A stretch of DNA of 64,000 bases from Zygnema circumcarinatum SAG 698-1b (lineage: Eukaryota > Plantae > Zygnematophyceae). Shown here piece after piece: positions 62,172-64,000 of this stretch. The stretch lies in contig CM074811.1 in NCBI GenBank assembly GCA_037447605.1, positions 1,550,001 through 1,614,000 of the forward strand. The letters run 5' to 3'. The position numbers and the translations under genes are program-made. The notes under the pieces were generated by a model. That model was given only the letters and a program-made list of their open reading frames with translations, did no database searches and was not told the origin of the DNA. The stretch's first letter is position 1. Every line of letters starts with the position of its first letter.

Positions 62172-63039
62172 ATGGCATCCGGCAGCTTTGTTGAGTGCGC
62201 AACAGTGGCGGCTACTGCAGTGTTTCTTCTCTCAGCGTGGGCTGTTCTTCCAGCATCCGCCCAGTTCTTTGGGAGCTCGACCCCTGTTCCCGCCCCTGCT
62301 CCTGCCCCAGATGCCCTTTCTCCCTCGACTGAATCCGGCCCGGAATGCAGCGTTCAGCTGTACTACAACTACCGCTCCTGCGCGCCCTACCTCACCACCG
62401 GCTCATCTGTGACGACCGGGGGGGCCACCTGCTGCTCGGGCCTGCTATTGGCCAACCAGAGCGGGTGCCTCTGCAGTCTGGGCGAGGGGGGGGACTCTCT
62501 CCTTTCATTGGACGAAGTGACGAGTATCGCAACCACGGTGTGTGGCTTCCCCATTGGAAGTCTGTTGCTGCCCGGAAACAGCTCCTGCGATGCGCTAGGT
62601 ATGCCTCGGCCCCTTCAAAGAGTGAATTTTCAAGTCTTATGAATTGGATCGGTTTTTTATGCTGCATTTCATCCAGCATTTGCTGCTGCAGTGCACAGGA
62701 GTGCGCAGGGATTGTTGTTTTTATCGGCAAATGGGCTTAAAGACGTGCTGGTCAAGAATAAGTCGAACTAAGTTTTTTCGTGCAAATCTGGGGCTTGTGG
62801 TGTTGCTTGCAGCTCCGTTCGCAGTGATGCCTGCGCCATGGCCCGTTTCAGAGGATCCTCCTTCTCCTCCTGCTCCAGTCGCCATGGCTCCTCCTCCGAG
62901 CCCCGTGGTCGACACGACCCGCGTGGGAGACACCACAGAAGCTTCGAGCGGTGCTCGCCTTTATCTCCCTCTCTGGAAGACGGTTCACTATGTGGCCTAT
63001 ATGGGCATGGCATCTTTTGCCTTCGCTCTAATCTTCTAG
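62172..63039 (+). CDS. Secreted 8-cysteine-motif nsLTP-like protein with Pro-rich/AGP-like regions and probable GPI signal (LTPG/xylogen-like), copy B
   Basis: Signal peptide ..AVFLLSAWAVLPASA; same cysteine spacing as copy A; exons 62172-62598 and 62813-63039; tail ASSGARLYLPLWKTVHYVAYMGMASFAFALIF*. Confidence 0.9.
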
Positions 63040-63727
63040 GATGAGTAATCCATGGGGTTCTTAATGGATTTCGTCCCAGAATATTCGTCTGCTGCCGTGC
63101 CTACCTGCATTGGAGGACATCACATATTCGGCTGGAAATAGGTTTGTTTTAATAGTCGGGTACGAATGTACAGGGTCACTAGTTTTGTGACAGTGCGTTA
63201 TAATGTTTTTACAAGTTTCCGTGGCTTTGAAACTTATAAAAAGAGCTGCTTCTTTCTTCTTCATTCTTGCTGTTGGACGAAATTTGCATTTGATGCATTT
63301 TTCTTTTTCTTCACGAAAAAAATCTTAAATAAGTTGGTTTTCATAATCGTAAGATGCAACGAGCTGCTCACATGTAAAAATAGTCGGCGCGCAATTTACT
63401 GCAAGATGTAAAGTGGAGCGTTGTTTGTGAACCCTCCTTCTTCCAACCGCCCTTTGGGCCGAACACCATTTGCAGTCGCTGGTTCACTTACCAATCGTGC
63501 TAAAAGAGATTGAAAACGAGCCAAAGAAGCCCAAATTAATGATAAAATACCTGCTCAAAAAGCAGCAGAGCCATCTCATCCGGTAAATCTATGTTGCGTA
63601 GCAGCAGCAGAAAATCAATCAATAGCGTGCGAATAAAACTGCCCTGCGCGCCTTAGCTTCCTCAAACCGCAGTAGTGAAGACAGTTACGTTTGCCATACA
63701 TCCTCTGCGGAGAACAAGAGAGACCAC

Positions 63728-63776
63728 AACCCTAAAAACCCTGAAAACAAAATTGTTAACACTAAAAACCCTAAAA
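63728..63776 (-). repeat. Telomere-like / telo-box cluster
   Basis: aaccctaaaaaccctgaaaa...aacactaaaaaccctaaaac on the + strand. Confidence 0.55.
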
Positions 63777-64000
63777 CTTAAACGTGAGACAGCGAGAACA
63801 GTCAACCGTTAACAGTGATCCGCATTGTGACCTTGAATTTTCCCTTCACCATGAATGCTTAAAGACCCTACAACACCCTGGAACCCTTCTGTGCGTTGAC
63901 TCCAACCACGTGCCGCGATGCTGCTCACAAGCGCCGGTGCCCGCGACGCTCACCCCTCAGATTTGGAAAAGCGGTTCCCCTTTGAAGGTCGAACAGCAAA

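Noticed and set aside
63061-64000. Possible minus-strand exons of a neighbouring gene (donor-like GTGAGC near 63950, acceptors near 63700 and 63570)
   Set aside because: Splice-like signals are present but I could not assemble a convincing reading frame; the gene, if real, starts outside the window.

Overview
Intron-rich, gene-dense eukaryotic nuclear DNA with about 13 genes in 64 kb and plant-like proteins. My inference, from gene density, intron style and protein divergence and not from a database match, is an early-diverging streptophyte, most likely a Klebsormidium-type charophyte alga. Genes reconstructed by hand from splice sites and family motifs, in order: SEC24C/CEF-like COPII subunit (-, truncated at window start); nodulin homeobox NDX (-, about 11 kb); translin (+); TFIIE alpha (+); EamA/DMT transporter (+); YfiH/PgeF/LACC1-family enzyme with a transit-peptide-like N-terminus (+); compact bacterial/fungal-type GT2 glucan synthase (+); ankyrin/coiled-coil protein (-); small single-TM protein (-); tubulin cofactor E (+); and a head-to-head pair of secreted, probably GPI-anchored 8-cysteine-motif (nsLTP/LTPG/xylogen-like) genes. 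Non-coding highlights: an 861-bp non-autonomous TIR element with an 8-bp TSD and palindrome arrays in a translin intron; a tandem pair of ~190-bp MITEs; a fixed-length 54-bp inverted CCAAT/CCAC module in four unrelated promoters; a dispersed element with an invariant 15-bp core in three tail-to-head intergenic spacers; GTAC clusters; and telomere-like motifs. Exon boundaries and family assignments come from reading the sequence and recalled family motifs. No searches were run.
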